Assembly: GCA_039583615.1 (NCBI GenBank)
Contig: JAVKSQ010000005.1
Location: 1,004 to 65,003 of the forward strand
Reading direction: 5' to 3'
Source of the DNA: Acidimicrobiales bacterium
GTDB lineage: Bacteria; Actinomycetota; Acidimicrobiia; Acidimicrobiales; QHCF01
DNA length: 64,000 bases
In this document: in pieces, positions 37,106 through 46,564 of the stretch
How the letters are laid out: each line of letters begins with the position of its first letter
Numbering within the stretch: position 1 is the stretch's first letter
The notes under the pieces: generated by a model
Seen by the model: only the letters and a program-made list of their open reading frames with translations
What the model was told of the DNA's origin: nothing
Database searches by the model: none
Translations under genes and position numbers: made by a program

Positions 37106-38617
37106 CTAGGAGGCCCTCACCACCAGGTTCTCTGCCAGGGCGTCGCCAGCCTCCGCCCTCGTGCGGCTGGCCAGCGCCAGACCGAGGGCGATCCACATGA
37201 AGAAGCCGCTGGCGCCGGTCAGGTCGTTGGCGAACACCAGGTAGACGAGCCCGGCGAGGCCCACCGCTCGACCGGTCGCCACCAGCGGATCTCCGGGTCG
37301 GGCCCCCGCGGTGGCGGCCACCCCCAGGACGGCGCCCAAGACGTAAAGGGCGGTGCCCAACCAGCCCAGCTCGTAGGGGACGGCCAGCAGCCCGCTGTCG
37401 AAGTTCCCCATACCGGTGACCTCGTGAGTGGCCGAGGCGAGCTTGGTGGCCGTCCCGGTGGAGCCTGTTCCATGACCCAGCGCATCATGCGCCACCATGG
37501 GGGTCTCCGCTTTGTAGAAGGCCACTCGGGCCGAGAAGCTGGTGTCCCGGGAGATGTCCCCCAGACCGACCGTCACGCTCCTTACTCGACTGGGCGCCTG
37601 GCTGCCGGCTGCCCGGGTGCCGCCTGGACCGATCGCCCCGTGCCCGGGCAGCAGGGCCAGGACCACGAACGGGAGCGCGACCGCCACTGCCATCGGGGCC
37701 AGCCGGGCCAGCCCAGCGCGCTGGGCGACCAGGAGGTAGACCAGCCCCACTGCCAGCACTATCCACCCCGCACGGATCCCGGATATGGCCAGGGCGGTCG
37801 CTCCCAGGGCCATGGTCGCGGTCAGGCCCATGGTCACCATGCCAAGGGCGTGGCGGCACTGGCTCACCACCAGCATCAGCACCGCCAGCACGAAGGCGAA
37901 CGGGGCGGGCGAGTTGAGGGTGCTGAACGGCCGGAAGTGCCCGGCGGTGATGGTCGGATACTCAGCCAGGCCGGAGTGCAGGGCCCAGTAGGCGTCCCAG
38001 CTGGGGAGCAGGAAGTACTGGATCAAGCCGTAGGCGCTGATGGTGACCACGGTGGCCAGGGCCAGGCCGGCGACGGTGCGGCGGTAGGCAGGAGCCACAC
38101 CCCCCTGCCAGGCCAGATGGGCCCCGACGAGGGGCGGGGCGACCCAGTCCGCCGCCCCGTAGACGGCGGCCAGGTGCGAGCCCCGGGCCAGCCCGACCAC
38201 CAGCCCCACCGCGATGCCGCAGCCCACCAGGACGAAGCCCCTGAGCCTCGGGTTGCCCGCCGCCCGGAGGTTGGAGAGGGTCGTCACCAGGCAGGCGGCG
38301 CTGGCCACCAGGGGTGCCAGGACCACCGCGCTGGTCGGGTCGTAGCCGGCCTGGTAGTCGCTCAGGCGGCGAACCTCGGGCGTGAGGACCCACAGCCACC
38401 ACACCAAGCCGAGGTAGGCGGTGGGCCGTGACCGGACCAGGGCCAGGGCCCCGACTGCCGAGGCGGCGGGAAACGCGATCCGCAGCAGGCCGCCGTCACC
38501 GGCGGCCAGGGTGGCGGCCACCACCGCCACCAGCAGTCCGGCCACACCCGCCGGCAGGACCAGGGCGCGTCGCCCGGTGGGAGCGGTCGCCCGCTCGCCC
38601 CTCCTCGCCCGCGGCAC
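37106..38617 (-). CDS. O-antigen ligase/polymerase-like (Wzy/WaaL family) polytopic membrane protein
   Basis: A 503-aa, highly hydrophobic multi-TM protein with a large loop, lying 4 nt downstream of a GT gene at the edge of the glycan locus. The family call comes from architecture and context only. Confidence 0.65.
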   Translation of the reverse strand: MPRARRGERATAPTGRRALVLPAGVAGLLVAVVAATLAAGDGGLLRIAFPAASAVGALALVRSRPTAYLGLVWWLWVLTPEVRRLSDYQAGYDPTSAVVLAPLVASAACLVTTLSNLRAAGNPRLRGFVLVGCGIAVGLVVGLARGSHLAAVYGAADWVAPPLVGAHLAWQGGVAPAYRRTVAGLALATVVTISAYGLIQYFLLPSWDAYWALHSGLAEYPTITAGHFRPFSTLNSPAPFAFVLAVLMLVVSQCRHALGMVTMGLTATMALGATALAISGIRAGWIVLAVGLVYLLVAQRAGLARLAPMAVAVALPFVVLALLPGHGAIGPGGTRAAGSQAPSRVRSVTVGLGDISRDTSFSARVAFYKAETPMVAHDALGHGTGSTGTATKLASATHEVTGMGNFDSGLLAVPYELGWLGTALYVLGAVLGVAATAGARPGDPLVATGRAVGLAGLVYLVFANDLTGASGFFMWIALGLALASRTRAEAGDALAENLVVRAS

Positions 38618-38685
38618 CTCCGGAGGCTATATGGCGGGAGCTGTGGCCGGGCGGCCGTCCCCCGCTAAGCTCCCAGCCGAGCGCT

Positions 38686-39633
38686 GTGCACTCGACCCAG
38701 GTCAAGATCCTCGTCCCCGGCAACCATCTGATGGTGGGCCTGCTCGGCCAGCACGACGAGTTGCTGCGACTGGTGGAGGACGCCTTCGGCGGGGCCACCA
38801 TCTTGGTGCGCGGCAACGAGATCACCGTGGAGGGCGGAGATGCCGAGCGCGTGGGCCGCCTCTTCGAGGAGCTGGTCCTGCTGCTGGAGGCGGGCCAGGG
38901 ACTGGACCGGGCCAACGTGGGGCGAACCATCGAGATGGTCAAGGCCGACGAGCGGCCCTCCGAGGTCCTCACCACCCAGATCCTGCGCTCGGCCAGGGGC
39001 CGCACGGTGAGGCCCAAGACCGCCGGCCAGAAGCGCTACGCCGACGCCATCACCGCCAACGTGATCACCGTCGGAGTCGGGCCGGCCGGGACCGGCAAGT
39101 CGTACCTGGCGGTGGCCCTGGCCGTGCAGGCCCTGCAGGCCAAGAAGGTCAACCGCATCATCCTCACCCGCCCGGCGGTGGAGGCCGGCGAGCGCCTGGG
39201 CTTCCTGCCCGGCGACCTGATGGCCAAGGTGGACCCCTACCTGCGGCCCCTCTACGACGCCCTCTACGACATGGTCGAGCCCGAGGGCATGGCCCGCCTG
39301 GTCGATCGGGGAGCCATCGAGGTGGCCCCGCTGGCCTTCATGCGAGGCCGGACGCTCAATTCCAGCTTCGTGATACTGGACGAGGCCCAGAACACCACTC
39401 CCGAGCAGATGAAGATGTTCCTCACCCGCATCGGGTTCAACTCACAGGCGGTGGTCACCGGCGACGACACCCAGACCGACCTGGGCGGGGGGCGCTCGGG
39501 CCTGGTCGGACTGGAGGAGCTGCTGGGAGGAATCGAGGGCCTGGCCTTCGTCCGGCTCACCCAACGCGACGTGGTCCGCCATCGCATCGTGGCCGACATA
39601 GTGAGGGCCTACGAACGGGCGCCGGGCGCATGA
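38686..39633 (+). CDS. phoH: PhoH-family ATPase
   Basis: Contains the Walker [17 protein letters not shown], plus [19 protein letters not shown] and FVILDEAQN. The start is placed at the in-frame GTG 38686. The track's upstream extension is Pro/Arg-rich and antisense to the Wzy-like gene. Confidence 0.9.
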   Translation: MHSTQVKILVPGNHLMVGLLGQHDELLRLVEDAFGGATILVRGNEITVEGGDAERVGRLFEELVLLLEAGQGLDRANVGRTIEMVKADERPSEVLTTQILRSARGRTVRPKTAGQKRYADAITANVITVGVGPAGTGKSYLAVALAVQALQAKKVNRIILTRPAVEAGERLGFLPGDLMAKVDPYLRPLYDALYDMVEPEGMARLVDRGAIEVAPLAFMRGRTLNSSFVILDEAQNTTPEQMKMFLTRIGFNSQAVVTGDDTQTDLGGGRSGLVGLEELLGGIEGLAFVRLTQRDVVRHRIVADIVRAYERAPGA

Positions 39634-40112
39634 GCGTCCTGGCCACCAACCGCCAGGACGACCAGCCGGTCGACCTGGCGGAGTGGACAGGGCTGGCCGT
39701 CCGGGTCCTGGAGGCGGAGGGGGCCGGCGGGGAGCTGTCACTGGCCTTCGTGGACGAGACGGCCATGGCTGAGCTCAACCAGCGCTTCCGCGGCCAAGAG
39801 GGCAGCACCGACGTGCTGGCTTTCCCCATCGACGAGCCGCTGGGCGCCGGAGACCAGCACCGGGACCGAGGCGCTGAGCAGCCGCTGATGCTGGGTGACG
39901 TGGTGGTCTGTCCGGCGGTGGCGGCCCGCAATGCCACCTTCCACGGCCATCCTCCGGAGGACGAGATGGCCCTCCTGGTGGTGCATGGCATCCTCCACCT
40001 CCAGGGCCTGGACCACCGTGACCAGGCCGAGGCTTCGGCCATGGAGGAGCGTGAGCGCCAGCTGCTGGCGCACTGCCGGGCCCCGGCGCCCCCCACCACT
40101 CCGGCACCCTGA
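39630..40112 (+). CDS. ybeY: rRNA maturation endoribonuclease YbeY
   Basis: Strings TDVLAFP and LLVVHGILHLQGLDH (the H-x-x-x-H-x-x-x-x-x-H zinc motif) are found in the last 160 codons of track ORF 38421..40112. The ATGA start overlaps the phoH stop. Confidence 0.9.
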   Translation: MSVLATNRQDDQPVDLAEWTGLAVRVLEAEGAGGELSLAFVDETAMAELNQRFRGQEGSTDVLAFPIDEPLGAGDQHRDRGAEQPLMLGDVVVCPAVAARNATFHGHPPEDEMALLVVHGILHLQGLDHRDQAEASAMEERERQLLAHCRAPAPPTTPAP

Positions 40113-41383
40113 TGCGTCTGCAGGGCACCGATGCGGTGCTGATCGTGGTGATCGTCGTCCTCTTGGTGTTCTCGGGGGTCCTGGCCCTGGCCGAGACCAG
40201 CCTCACCCGGATGAGCCGGGTGAAGGCGGTCACCTTGCAAGAGGAAGGGCGCCGGGGGGCGGGAGTGCTGGTGCGCCTGATAGAGCACCCCGAGCGCTTC
40301 CTCAACCCGATCCTGTTGATGGTCCTGCTCTGCCAGCTGGTGGCGGCCACCTTGGTGGGCGTGGTCTCCGAGCACCTGTTCGGGGCGCTGGGGGTGGCGG
40401 TGGCCACCGCCTTCGAGGTGGTGGTCATCTTCGTCCTGGCCGAGGCCGCCCCCAAGAACTGGGCCGTCCAGTATCCCGAGCGGGCCGCCCTGTTCGCCGC
40501 CCCGCTGGTGAACGCGGTGATCCGCTTCCCTCCGGTGAGGCTGGTCTCCGGGGCGCTGATCGGCCTGGCCAACCGGATCCTGCCCGGCGGCAGCGTCCGC
40601 AAGGGGGCCTACGTCTCCGAGCGGGAGCTGCTGGCCATGGCCGACATGGCCATGGAGGAGGAGGTGATCGAGCACGAGGAGCGGGCTCTCATCCACTCGA
40701 TCATCGAGTTCGGCGACACGGTGGTCCGCGAGGTCATGGTCCCCCGGCCCGACATGGTGGCCGTCCAGGGGAGCCGCCCGGTGCGGGAGGTGATCGAGGT
40801 GGCCATGGCCGCCGGCTATAGCCGCATCCCGGTCTACGGTCAGCAGATCGACGACATCCTGGGCATCGCCTACGCCAAGGACCTGATGCGGGCCGACCGC
40901 GACGGCGGGCTGGACCGGCCGGTGCGGGAGCTGGTCCGAGAGGCCCACTTCGTGCCGGAGACCAAGCGGGTGGCCGAGCTGATGCGGGAGATGCAGTCGC
41001 AGAAGTTCCACATGGCCATCGTCATCGACGAGTACGGCGACACCGCCGGCCTGGTGACCCTGGAGGACCTGATCGAGGAGCTGGTGGGCGACATCGTCGA
41101 CGAGTTCGACGTGGAGGAGCCGCTGATCGAGCCCATGGCCAACGGCGAGTACCGGGTGAACGCCCGCATGCCGATCGACGAGGTGAACGACCTGCTCCAC
41201 GCCGACCTGCCGGCGGGGGACTGGGACACGGTGGGCGGCCTGGTGTTCAACCTGCTCGGCCACGTACCGTCGGAAGGGGAGGCGGCCGAGGCCGACGGCC
41301 ACCGTCTGGTGGCCGAGAAGGTCCAGGGTCGCCGCATCGGCCGGGTCCGGATCGCCAGGGTGGCGGCTGCCGATGGGAGCTGA
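40112..41383 (+). CDS. corC: CNNM/CorC-HlyC family protein (DUF21 TM domain, CBS pair, CorC_HlyC domain)
   Basis: Strings LALAETSLTRMSRVK and VREVMVPRPDMV..., followed by AIVIDEYGDTAGLVTLEDLIEELVGDI, support the call. Confidence 0.88.
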   Translation: MRLQGTDAVLIVVIVVLLVFSGVLALAETSLTRMSRVKAVTLQEEGRRGAGVLVRLIEHPERFLNPILLMVLLCQLVAATLVGVVSEHLFGALGVAVATAFEVVVIFVLAEAAPKNWAVQYPERAALFAAPLVNAVIRFPPVRLVSGALIGLANRILPGGSVRKGAYVSERELLAMADMAMEEEVIEHEERALIHSIIEFGDTVVREVMVPRPDMVAVQGSRPVREVIEVAMAAGYSRIPVYGQQIDDILGIAYAKDLMRADRDGGLDRPVRELVREAHFVPETKRVAELMREMQSQKFHMAIVIDEYGDTAGLVTLEDLIEELVGDIVDEFDVEEPLIEPMANGEYRVNARMPIDEVNDLLHADLPAGDWDTVGGLVFNLLGHVPSEGEAAEADGHRLVAEKVQGRRIGRVRIARVAAADGS

Positions 41384-42281
41384 CGGCCAGCCGGGGGCGC
41401 CCGTCGTCCCGACCAGGCCGGCGGCTCGTCCCCAGCCGGCGTTCCGTTCCGGCTTGGCGGCCGTGGTGGGCCGGCCCAACGTGGGCAAGTCCACCCTCGT
41501 CAACCAGATGCTCCACACCAAGGTCTCGATAACCTCAGAGCGCCCCAACACGACCCGCACCCAGGTCAGGGGAGTGCTCAACCGCCCCGGTGCCCAGCTC
41601 GTCCTGGTCGACACGCCCGGCATCCACCGGCCCCGGACCCTGCTGGGCGAGCACCTCAACGCCTCGGCGGTCGGCGCCCTCGACGGGGTGGACGTGGTCG
41701 TGCTCCTGGTCGATGCCACCGCCCCGCTCGGCAAGGGGGACCGGTTCGTGGCCGCCCGGGCCCCAGCTGACGCCATCTTGGTGGTCAACAAGGTGGACCT
41801 GGCCTCCCCGGCCCAGGTGCTGGCCCAGCTGAGGGCGGCCGCGACCCTCGACCTGTCGAGCTACCACCCCGTCTCGGCCGTCACCGGGGAGGGGGTCGGC
41901 GAGCTGGTCGACGAGATCGTGAGCCGGCTGCCGGAGGGGCCCAGGTACTACCCCGAGGACATGGTGACCGACGTGGGCGACGCCTTCTGGGTGGCCGAGC
42001 TGGTCCGGGAGCAGCTGCTGGCCGTCACCCGGGAGGAGCTGCCCCATTCGGTGGCCTGCCGGGTGACCGAGTGGGAGTGGCCCCGTATCCGCTGCGAGAT
42101 CCTGGTCGAGAGGGACTCGCAGAAGGGGATCGTCATAGGCCGGGGCGGCAAGGTGCTGGAGGCGGTGGGCTCGGCGGCCCGGGCCCAGCTTCCCCAGGGC
42201 GCCTACCTGGAGCTGTTCGTCAAGGTGGACAAGGACTGGCAGAGCCGCCCCCGGGCCCTGGAGCGCCTCGGCTACGGCTAA
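41373..42281 (+). CDS. era: GTPase Era
   Basis: Strings GRPNVGKSTLVN, DTPGI, NKVD and a C-terminal KH domain support the call. Confidence 0.92.
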   Translation: MGADGQPGAPVVPTRPAARPQPAFRSGLAAVVGRPNVGKSTLVNQMLHTKVSITSERPNTTRTQVRGVLNRPGAQLVLVDTPGIHRPRTLLGEHLNASAVGALDGVDVVVLLVDATAPLGKGDRFVAARAPADAILVVNKVDLASPAQVLAQLRAAATLDLSSYHPVSAVTGEGVGELVDEIVSRLPEGPRYYPEDMVTDVGDAFWVAELVREQLLAVTREELPHSVACRVTEWEWPRIRCEILVERDSQKGIVIGRGGKVLEAVGSAARAQLPQGAYLELFVKVDKDWQSRPRALERLGYG

Positions 42282-42311
42282 CCCAACTAGGCCACCCGCA
42301 TCTGGGCCGAG

Positions 42312-42608
42312 GTGATCGCCGACTATCCATACAGCGCTCTGCAACTGGCGCCTAGCGGGCTTGGCGCCAATTTCGTCGGTGAGAATCCACAGGAGGGAGT
42401 GACTCTCCAGCCACCCTTGTTCCAGGTCCGGGCCCCAATCTCCTTAACTGCCCAGCAGGCCGCGGATAAGGCCGAGAGAATTCTTCGAATCACGGGTCGC
42501 CATCTTGGATTTACCCAGGGTTACAACATGGGCATCGGTGACATGTACCACGCGCCAGTGTCTGACGGCTTTGACTTCACCCGCTGGCGAATCCTGGGTC
42601 AGGCGTGA
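42312..42608 (+). CDS. Hypothetical 98-aa protein
   Basis: Track ORF with a GTG start. Third-codon positions are mostly G/C in this frame. The stop overlaps the next GTG (GTGA). No recognisable motif. Confidence 0.4.
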   Translation: MIADYPYSALQLAPSGLGANFVGENPQEGVTLQPPLFQVRAPISLTAQQAADKAERILRITGRHLGFTQGYNMGIGDMYHAPVSDGFDFTRWRILGQA

Positions 42609-42868
42609 CACCACCGGAGGTTTTCTATGTTGGCCCGGTCGGGAGTTGGACAGCGTTTGCCCTGCTGAGTGAGTCGTTTTGGCTGCCCGCTTCATACTTC
42701 GCCCTGCGGCTCGAGGACTATCCGAGCCACGAGGCGGAGGAGCCGGCCGCCCGGCGGCTGGTGGCAGACCGCCACAGGAACCGGCTAGGACGGATCGAGC
42801 AGGATGGCCGTGATCTACTGCACCAGAAGGTGGTGGCTTTCTGGACGCCTTCTGCTGTCAGACGCTAG
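42605..42868 (+). CDS. Hypothetical 87-aa protein
   Basis: Track ORF, translationally coupled to the preceding ORF. No recognisable motif. Confidence 0.4.
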   Translation: MTPPEVFYVGPVGSWTAFALLSESFWLPASYFALRLEDYPSHEAEEPAARRLVADRHRNRLGRIEQDGRDLLHQKVVAFWTPSAVRR

Positions 42869-43000
42869 CGAGACACAGGACGGCGAGGCCCAGCGGGACC
42901 GGTGGGACGTCCCTGATCGCTTCATAGGACCCGATGACGACGGCATCTCCGTCGACGCCCAAGGCCTCGATCGACCTCGCCGCCAGCCGGGCCCCGTTCC

Positions 43001-44887
43001 TCATTCCCGTCGGGCCAGGAAGGCCTCCACCTCGCGGCGGTGACGGGTGCGGGCCATGGGCGGCAGGGCCCGGACCAGGTCCCAGCGGTAGCTGGCGGTG
43101 GCCAGGCGGCGGTCGAGGACGGCCACCACCCCCCGGTCGTGGCGGCTGCGGATGAGCCGCCCCGCCCCCTGGGCCAGCAGGGTGGCCGCCCGGTTCAAGT
43201 CGACCAGGCGGAAGGCGGCGGGGCCGGCCCGCTCCCGCCGGGCCTCGGTCAGGGGGTCGTCGGGCCGGGGGAAGGGGATGCGGTCGATGACCACCAGCGA
43301 GAGGGTGGACCCGGGGACGTCCACGCCCTGCCAGAAGCTCATGGTGGCGAACAGGCAGCTCGACTCCTCCCTGGCGAAGGCCTCGAGCAGTGCCGGCTTG
43401 GGCATCTCCGACTGGGCCAATATGCGAAATGGGACCCTCTCCCGCATGGCCTCCACGCCCTCCTTCATGGCCCGCAGGCTGGTGAACAGCGCCAGCGTCC
43501 GTCCCCCGGCCGTCTCGATCAGGTGGGCCAGCTCGTCGTGCACGGCGCGCTCGGCCCCCGGCCGGCGCCGGTCGGGGAGGTGGGTGGGGCAGTAGAGCAG
43601 GCCGTGGTCCGGGTAGGGGAAGGGGCTGCCCACGTCCAACTGGTCGTAGCCGGTGAGGCCGAGGCGCACGGGCAGGGCCGGCGGCACGGTGGCGCTGGTG
43701 AGGACCGCGGTCACCTTGCCCCACAGGCACTCGGACAGCAGCGGGCCCACGTCGACCAGGGCCAGCTTGAGCACCGGCGGCTGCTCCTCCACCCAGGCCA
43801 CCTGGTCGTCGGAAGGAGAGGTGACCCGGGCCAGGTCGCCGGCCAGGTGGCTGGCGGCCAGCAGGGCCCGGGTGGCCGCCTGGTCGTCGCCGTCCCGGTC
43901 GCGCAGGGCGGAGATGGCCCGGTCGAGGCGCCCGGCCGTCAGGGTCACCGCGTCGGCCAGCTGCTCCCCCAGGGCCGGGGGGAGGCGCCGTCCGATGAGG
44001 GGGACCAGGGCGGCCTCCAGGGAGTCGCCGGCGGCCGCCACCTGGTTGGCCAGCTCCGTGGCTGACCCGGAGGCAGGCCGAGCAGAGCTGCCCAGCGCCG
44101 ATCGGAGCTGGCGAGCGAGGGCCCGCAGCCGGCCGGCGCCCACCTCGGCCCCCAGGGCGGCGCTGGCCACGTCCTCGAGCTCGTGGGCCTCGTCGAAGAC
44201 CACCACGTCGTGCTCGGGCAGGACCTGGCCTCCGCTGGCCAGGTGGGCGCAGTACAGATGGAGGTTCACCACCACCACGTCTGCCTGGGCGGCCCGCTCC
44301 CGCGCCGCCTCGGCGAAGCAGCCGTCCCCCGAGGGGCACTCCGAAGCCCCAGGGCAGTCCAGGGCGCTCACGCTGAGCTGGGCCCAGGCCTGGGGCCGGG
44401 GCTCGAAGGCCAGCTCCGCCCGATCGCCGGTGGGGGACCGCTGTGCCCAGGCCAGCAGGCGCCGTACCTCCTGGCCGAGGCTGCGCCCGCCACCGTCCGC
44501 CTCCTCCAGGCTGAGCTGCTCGCCGCCAGCCACCTCCTGCCCCCGCTGGCGGCAGAGGTAGTTCGACCGCCCCTTGAGCACGGCGTAGCGGAAGGGCCGG
44601 CCCAGGTGGCGGGCCAGGAAGGGCAGGTCCTTGGTGGCCAGCTGGTCCTGGAGGGCCTTGGTGGCGGTGGCCACCACCACCCGGCGGCGGGAGAGGACGG
44701 CGGGCACCAGGTAGGCGAGCGACTTGCCGGTGCCGGTGCCGGCCTGGACCACCAGGTGCCGGCCGCTGGCCATGGCTACCGCCACCGCCTCGGCCATGTC
44801 CCGCTGGCCTCCCCGGGCCTCGCCTCCCCCGGGCAGGGCGCTCACCACCTTGCTGAGAGCCGCCGCGGCGTCGGTGCGGCGGCCCAT
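43001..44887 (-). CDS. dinG: DinG/XPD-family ATP-dependent DNA helicase (Fe-S type)
   Basis: Contains the Walker A VVQAGTGTGKSLAYL, DEAH in VVFDEAHELEDV, and four Cys (NYLCRQR ... LDCPGASECPSGDGC) in the position of the XPD-type Fe-S cluster. Confidence 0.88.
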   Translation of the reverse strand: MGRRTDAAAALSKVVSALPGGGEARGGQRDMAEAVAVAMASGRHLVVQAGTGTGKSLAYLVPAVLSRRRVVVATATKALQDQLATKDLPFLARHLGRPFRYAVLKGRSNYLCRQRGQEVAGGEQLSLEEADGGGRSLGQEVRRLLAWAQRSPTGDRAELAFEPRPQAWAQLSVSALDCPGASECPSGDGCFAEAARERAAQADVVVVNLHLYCAHLASGGQVLPEHDVVVFDEAHELEDVASAALGAEVGAGRLRALARQLRSALGSSARPASGSATELANQVAAAGDSLEAALVPLIGRRLPPALGEQLADAVTLTAGRLDRAISALRDRDGDDQAATRALLAASHLAGDLARVTSPSDDQVAWVEEQPPVLKLALVDVGPLLSECLWGKVTAVLTSATVPPALPVRLGLTGYDQLDVGSPFPYPDHGLLYCPTHLPDRRRPGAERAVHDELAHLIETAGGRTLALFTSLRAMKEGVEAMRERVPFRILAQSEMPKPALLEAFAREESSCLFATMSFWQGVDVPGSTLSLVVIDRIPFPRPDDPLTEARRERAGPAAFRLVDLNRAATLLAQGAGRLIRSRHDRGVVAVLDRRLATASYRWDLVRALPPMARTRHRREVEAFLARRE

Positions 44888-44963
44888 GTCGTGAGGTTAG
44901 ACATGAGCCGAGCAGCGTCCAGGCGACGGCCAGGGCTGATCGGTGGCGCGGTAGGTTGCGCCG

Positions 44964-45728
44964 GTGGCCGCTCCTGCCAGGTCCGTCGGCGCAGCCGACT
45001 CCCAAGACACAGACCTGACCCGGCTGCCCGCTCACGTGGGCTGCGTGATGGACGGCAACGGCAGGTGGGCCGCCCAGCGGGGCCTGGCGCGCACGGAGGG
45101 CCACGCGGCCGGCGAGCAGGCCCTGTTCGACACCGTCGAGGGCGGGTTGGACCTGGGCCTGCGGTGGCTCACCGTCTTCGCCTTCTCCACCGAGAACTGG
45201 AGGCGGCCGCCCGACGAGGTCCGCTTCTTGATGCGCTTCAACGAGGGCATCCTGGTCCGCCGCCGGGACGAGCTGCACGAGAAGGGTGTGCGGGTGCGCT
45301 TCGTGGGCCGGCGGGACTGGCGGGTGCCCAAGCGCCTGCTGCGTCGCATCGAGGAGGCCGAGGAGCTGACTCAGCACAACCGGCGCATGACCCTCACCTT
45401 CGCCTTCAACTACGGCGGCCGGGTGGAGATCGTCGACGCCGTCCGGGACCTGGTCAACGACGGGGTGCCGGCGGCCAAGATCGACGAGCGGGCCATCAGC
45501 GATCGCCTCTACCGGCCCGACATGCCCGATCCCGACCTGGTGGTGAGGACCTCGGGAGAGTTCCGCGTCTCCAACTTCCTGCTCTGGCAGCTGGCCTACA
45601 GCGAGCTGGTCTTCGTCGACGTGCTGTGGCCCGACTTCCGCCGCCAGCACCTGTTCGAGGCGGTGCGGGAGTTCCAGCGCCGGGAACGCCGCTACGGCGG
45701 GGTCGAGCGGCCCCGGCACGCTCGCTGA
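44964..45728 (+). CDS. uppS: Isoprenyl transferase (undecaprenyl-diphosphate synthase family)
   Basis: Strings HVGCVMDGNGRWA, FAFSTENWRRP and RTSGEFRVSNFLLWQLAYSE support the call. Confidence 0.92.
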   Translation: MAAPARSVGAADSQDTDLTRLPAHVGCVMDGNGRWAAQRGLARTEGHAAGEQALFDTVEGGLDLGLRWLTVFAFSTENWRRPPDEVRFLMRFNEGILVRRRDELHEKGVRVRFVGRRDWRVPKRLLRRIEEAEELTQHNRRMTLTFAFNYGGRVEIVDAVRDLVNDGVPAAKIDERAISDRLYRPDMPDPDLVVRTSGEFRVSNFLLWQLAYSELVFVDVLWPDFRRQHLFEAVREFQRRERRYGGVERPRHAR

Positions 45729-45731
45729 GAC

Positions 45732-46460
45732 ATGACCCTCTACCGGGACGAGGCGGTGGTGCTGCGCAGCATCCGCCTCGGCGAGGCCGACCGCATCGTC
45801 ACCCTGGTCACCCCCAGGCACGGCAAGGTCCGGGCGGTGGCCAAGGGGGTGCGGCGCACCAGGAGCCGGTTCGGTGGTCGCCTGGAGCCGCTCACCCAGG
45901 TAAGCGTCCTGTGCTGGAAGGGACGTGAGCTCGACATCGTCACCCAGGCCGAGGTGCTGGACAACTTCCGGGCCGTGCGAGAGGAGCTGGACCGCCTGGC
46001 GGCGGCCAGCGCCATGCTGGAGGTGGCCGACCAGGTGGCCCAGGAGGGCCAGCCAGGACCAGAGCTGTACCGCATGCTGGTCGGCGCCCTGCGCACCCTG
46101 GCCAGCCCTCCCGCCCCCCCGACGGGTCCCCCCCCCCTGATCGTGCCGGCCTTCTTCTGGAAGCTGCTGGTGCTGGAGGGGTCGGCGCCCATCCTGGACG
46201 CCTGCGCCCGTTGCGGCGCCACCGGGGACCTGGTCGCCTTCGACCTGGGGGAGGGCGGGGTCCTCTGCCGGTCCTGCCGGCGCGGCGCGGCGGTCAGCCC
46301 GGAGGCCCTGGGCCTGGTCCGGCGCATCCTCGGCGGCGACCTGGCCGCCGTCCTGGCCGAGGCCGCCTCCCCGGCCACCGCCGAGGTGGCCAGCCTGGCC
46401 ACCGAGGTGGTCCAGGCCCACCTCCAGCGCCGCCTGCGGTGCACCACTGCCCCCTTCTGA
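45732..46460 (+). CDS. recO: DNA repair protein RecO
   Basis: Strings MTLYRDEAVVLRSIRLGEADRIVTLVT and the zinc motif CARCG...CRSC support the call. Confidence 0.9.
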   Translation: MTLYRDEAVVLRSIRLGEADRIVTLVTPRHGKVRAVAKGVRRTRSRFGGRLEPLTQVSVLCWKGRELDIVTQAEVLDNFRAVREELDRLAAASAMLEVADQVAQEGQPGPELYRMLVGALRTLASPPAPPTGPPPLIVPAFFWKLLVLEGSAPILDACARCGATGDLVAFDLGEGGVLCRSCRRGAAVSPEALGLVRRILGGDLAAVLAEAASPATAEVASLATEVVQAHLQRRLRCTTAPF

Positions 46461-46564
46461 GGCGGCATCCCCCGGCCTCGGCCGGTTCCCTCAGCCGCCC
46501 CAGCTCACGTACAGCAGGCCCTGGGGCTGGATGCCGCCGAGCCCGGTTGGCGACGACATGGGCA

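Noticed and set aside
38428-38685. Long N-terminal extension of phoH in the track ORF
   Set aside because: The extension is Pro/Arg/Ala-rich, overlaps the divergent Wzy-like gene's 5' end, and precedes the conserved PhoH N-terminus. An in-frame GTG at 38686 gives a protein of normal length.
39557-41791. 744-aa minus-strand ORF
   Set aside because: It is antisense to ybeY, corC and era. It has no motifs and is a shadow ORF. The same reasoning was applied to 47038..48423(-), 48572..50500(-), 52595..54391(-), 31965..33653(-), 12923..14323(-) and 8430..9611(-).
42858-46421. 1187-aa minus-strand ORF
   Set aside because: It is out of frame with dinG and antisense to uppS and recO, all of which have clear family motifs. 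Its composition is Gly/Arg/Pro low complexity.
46461-46564. Intrinsic terminator between convergent recO and the STAS gene
   Set aside because: Only a short 5-6-bp stem (ccggc ctcg gccgg) is present, with no U tract. This is too weak to call.
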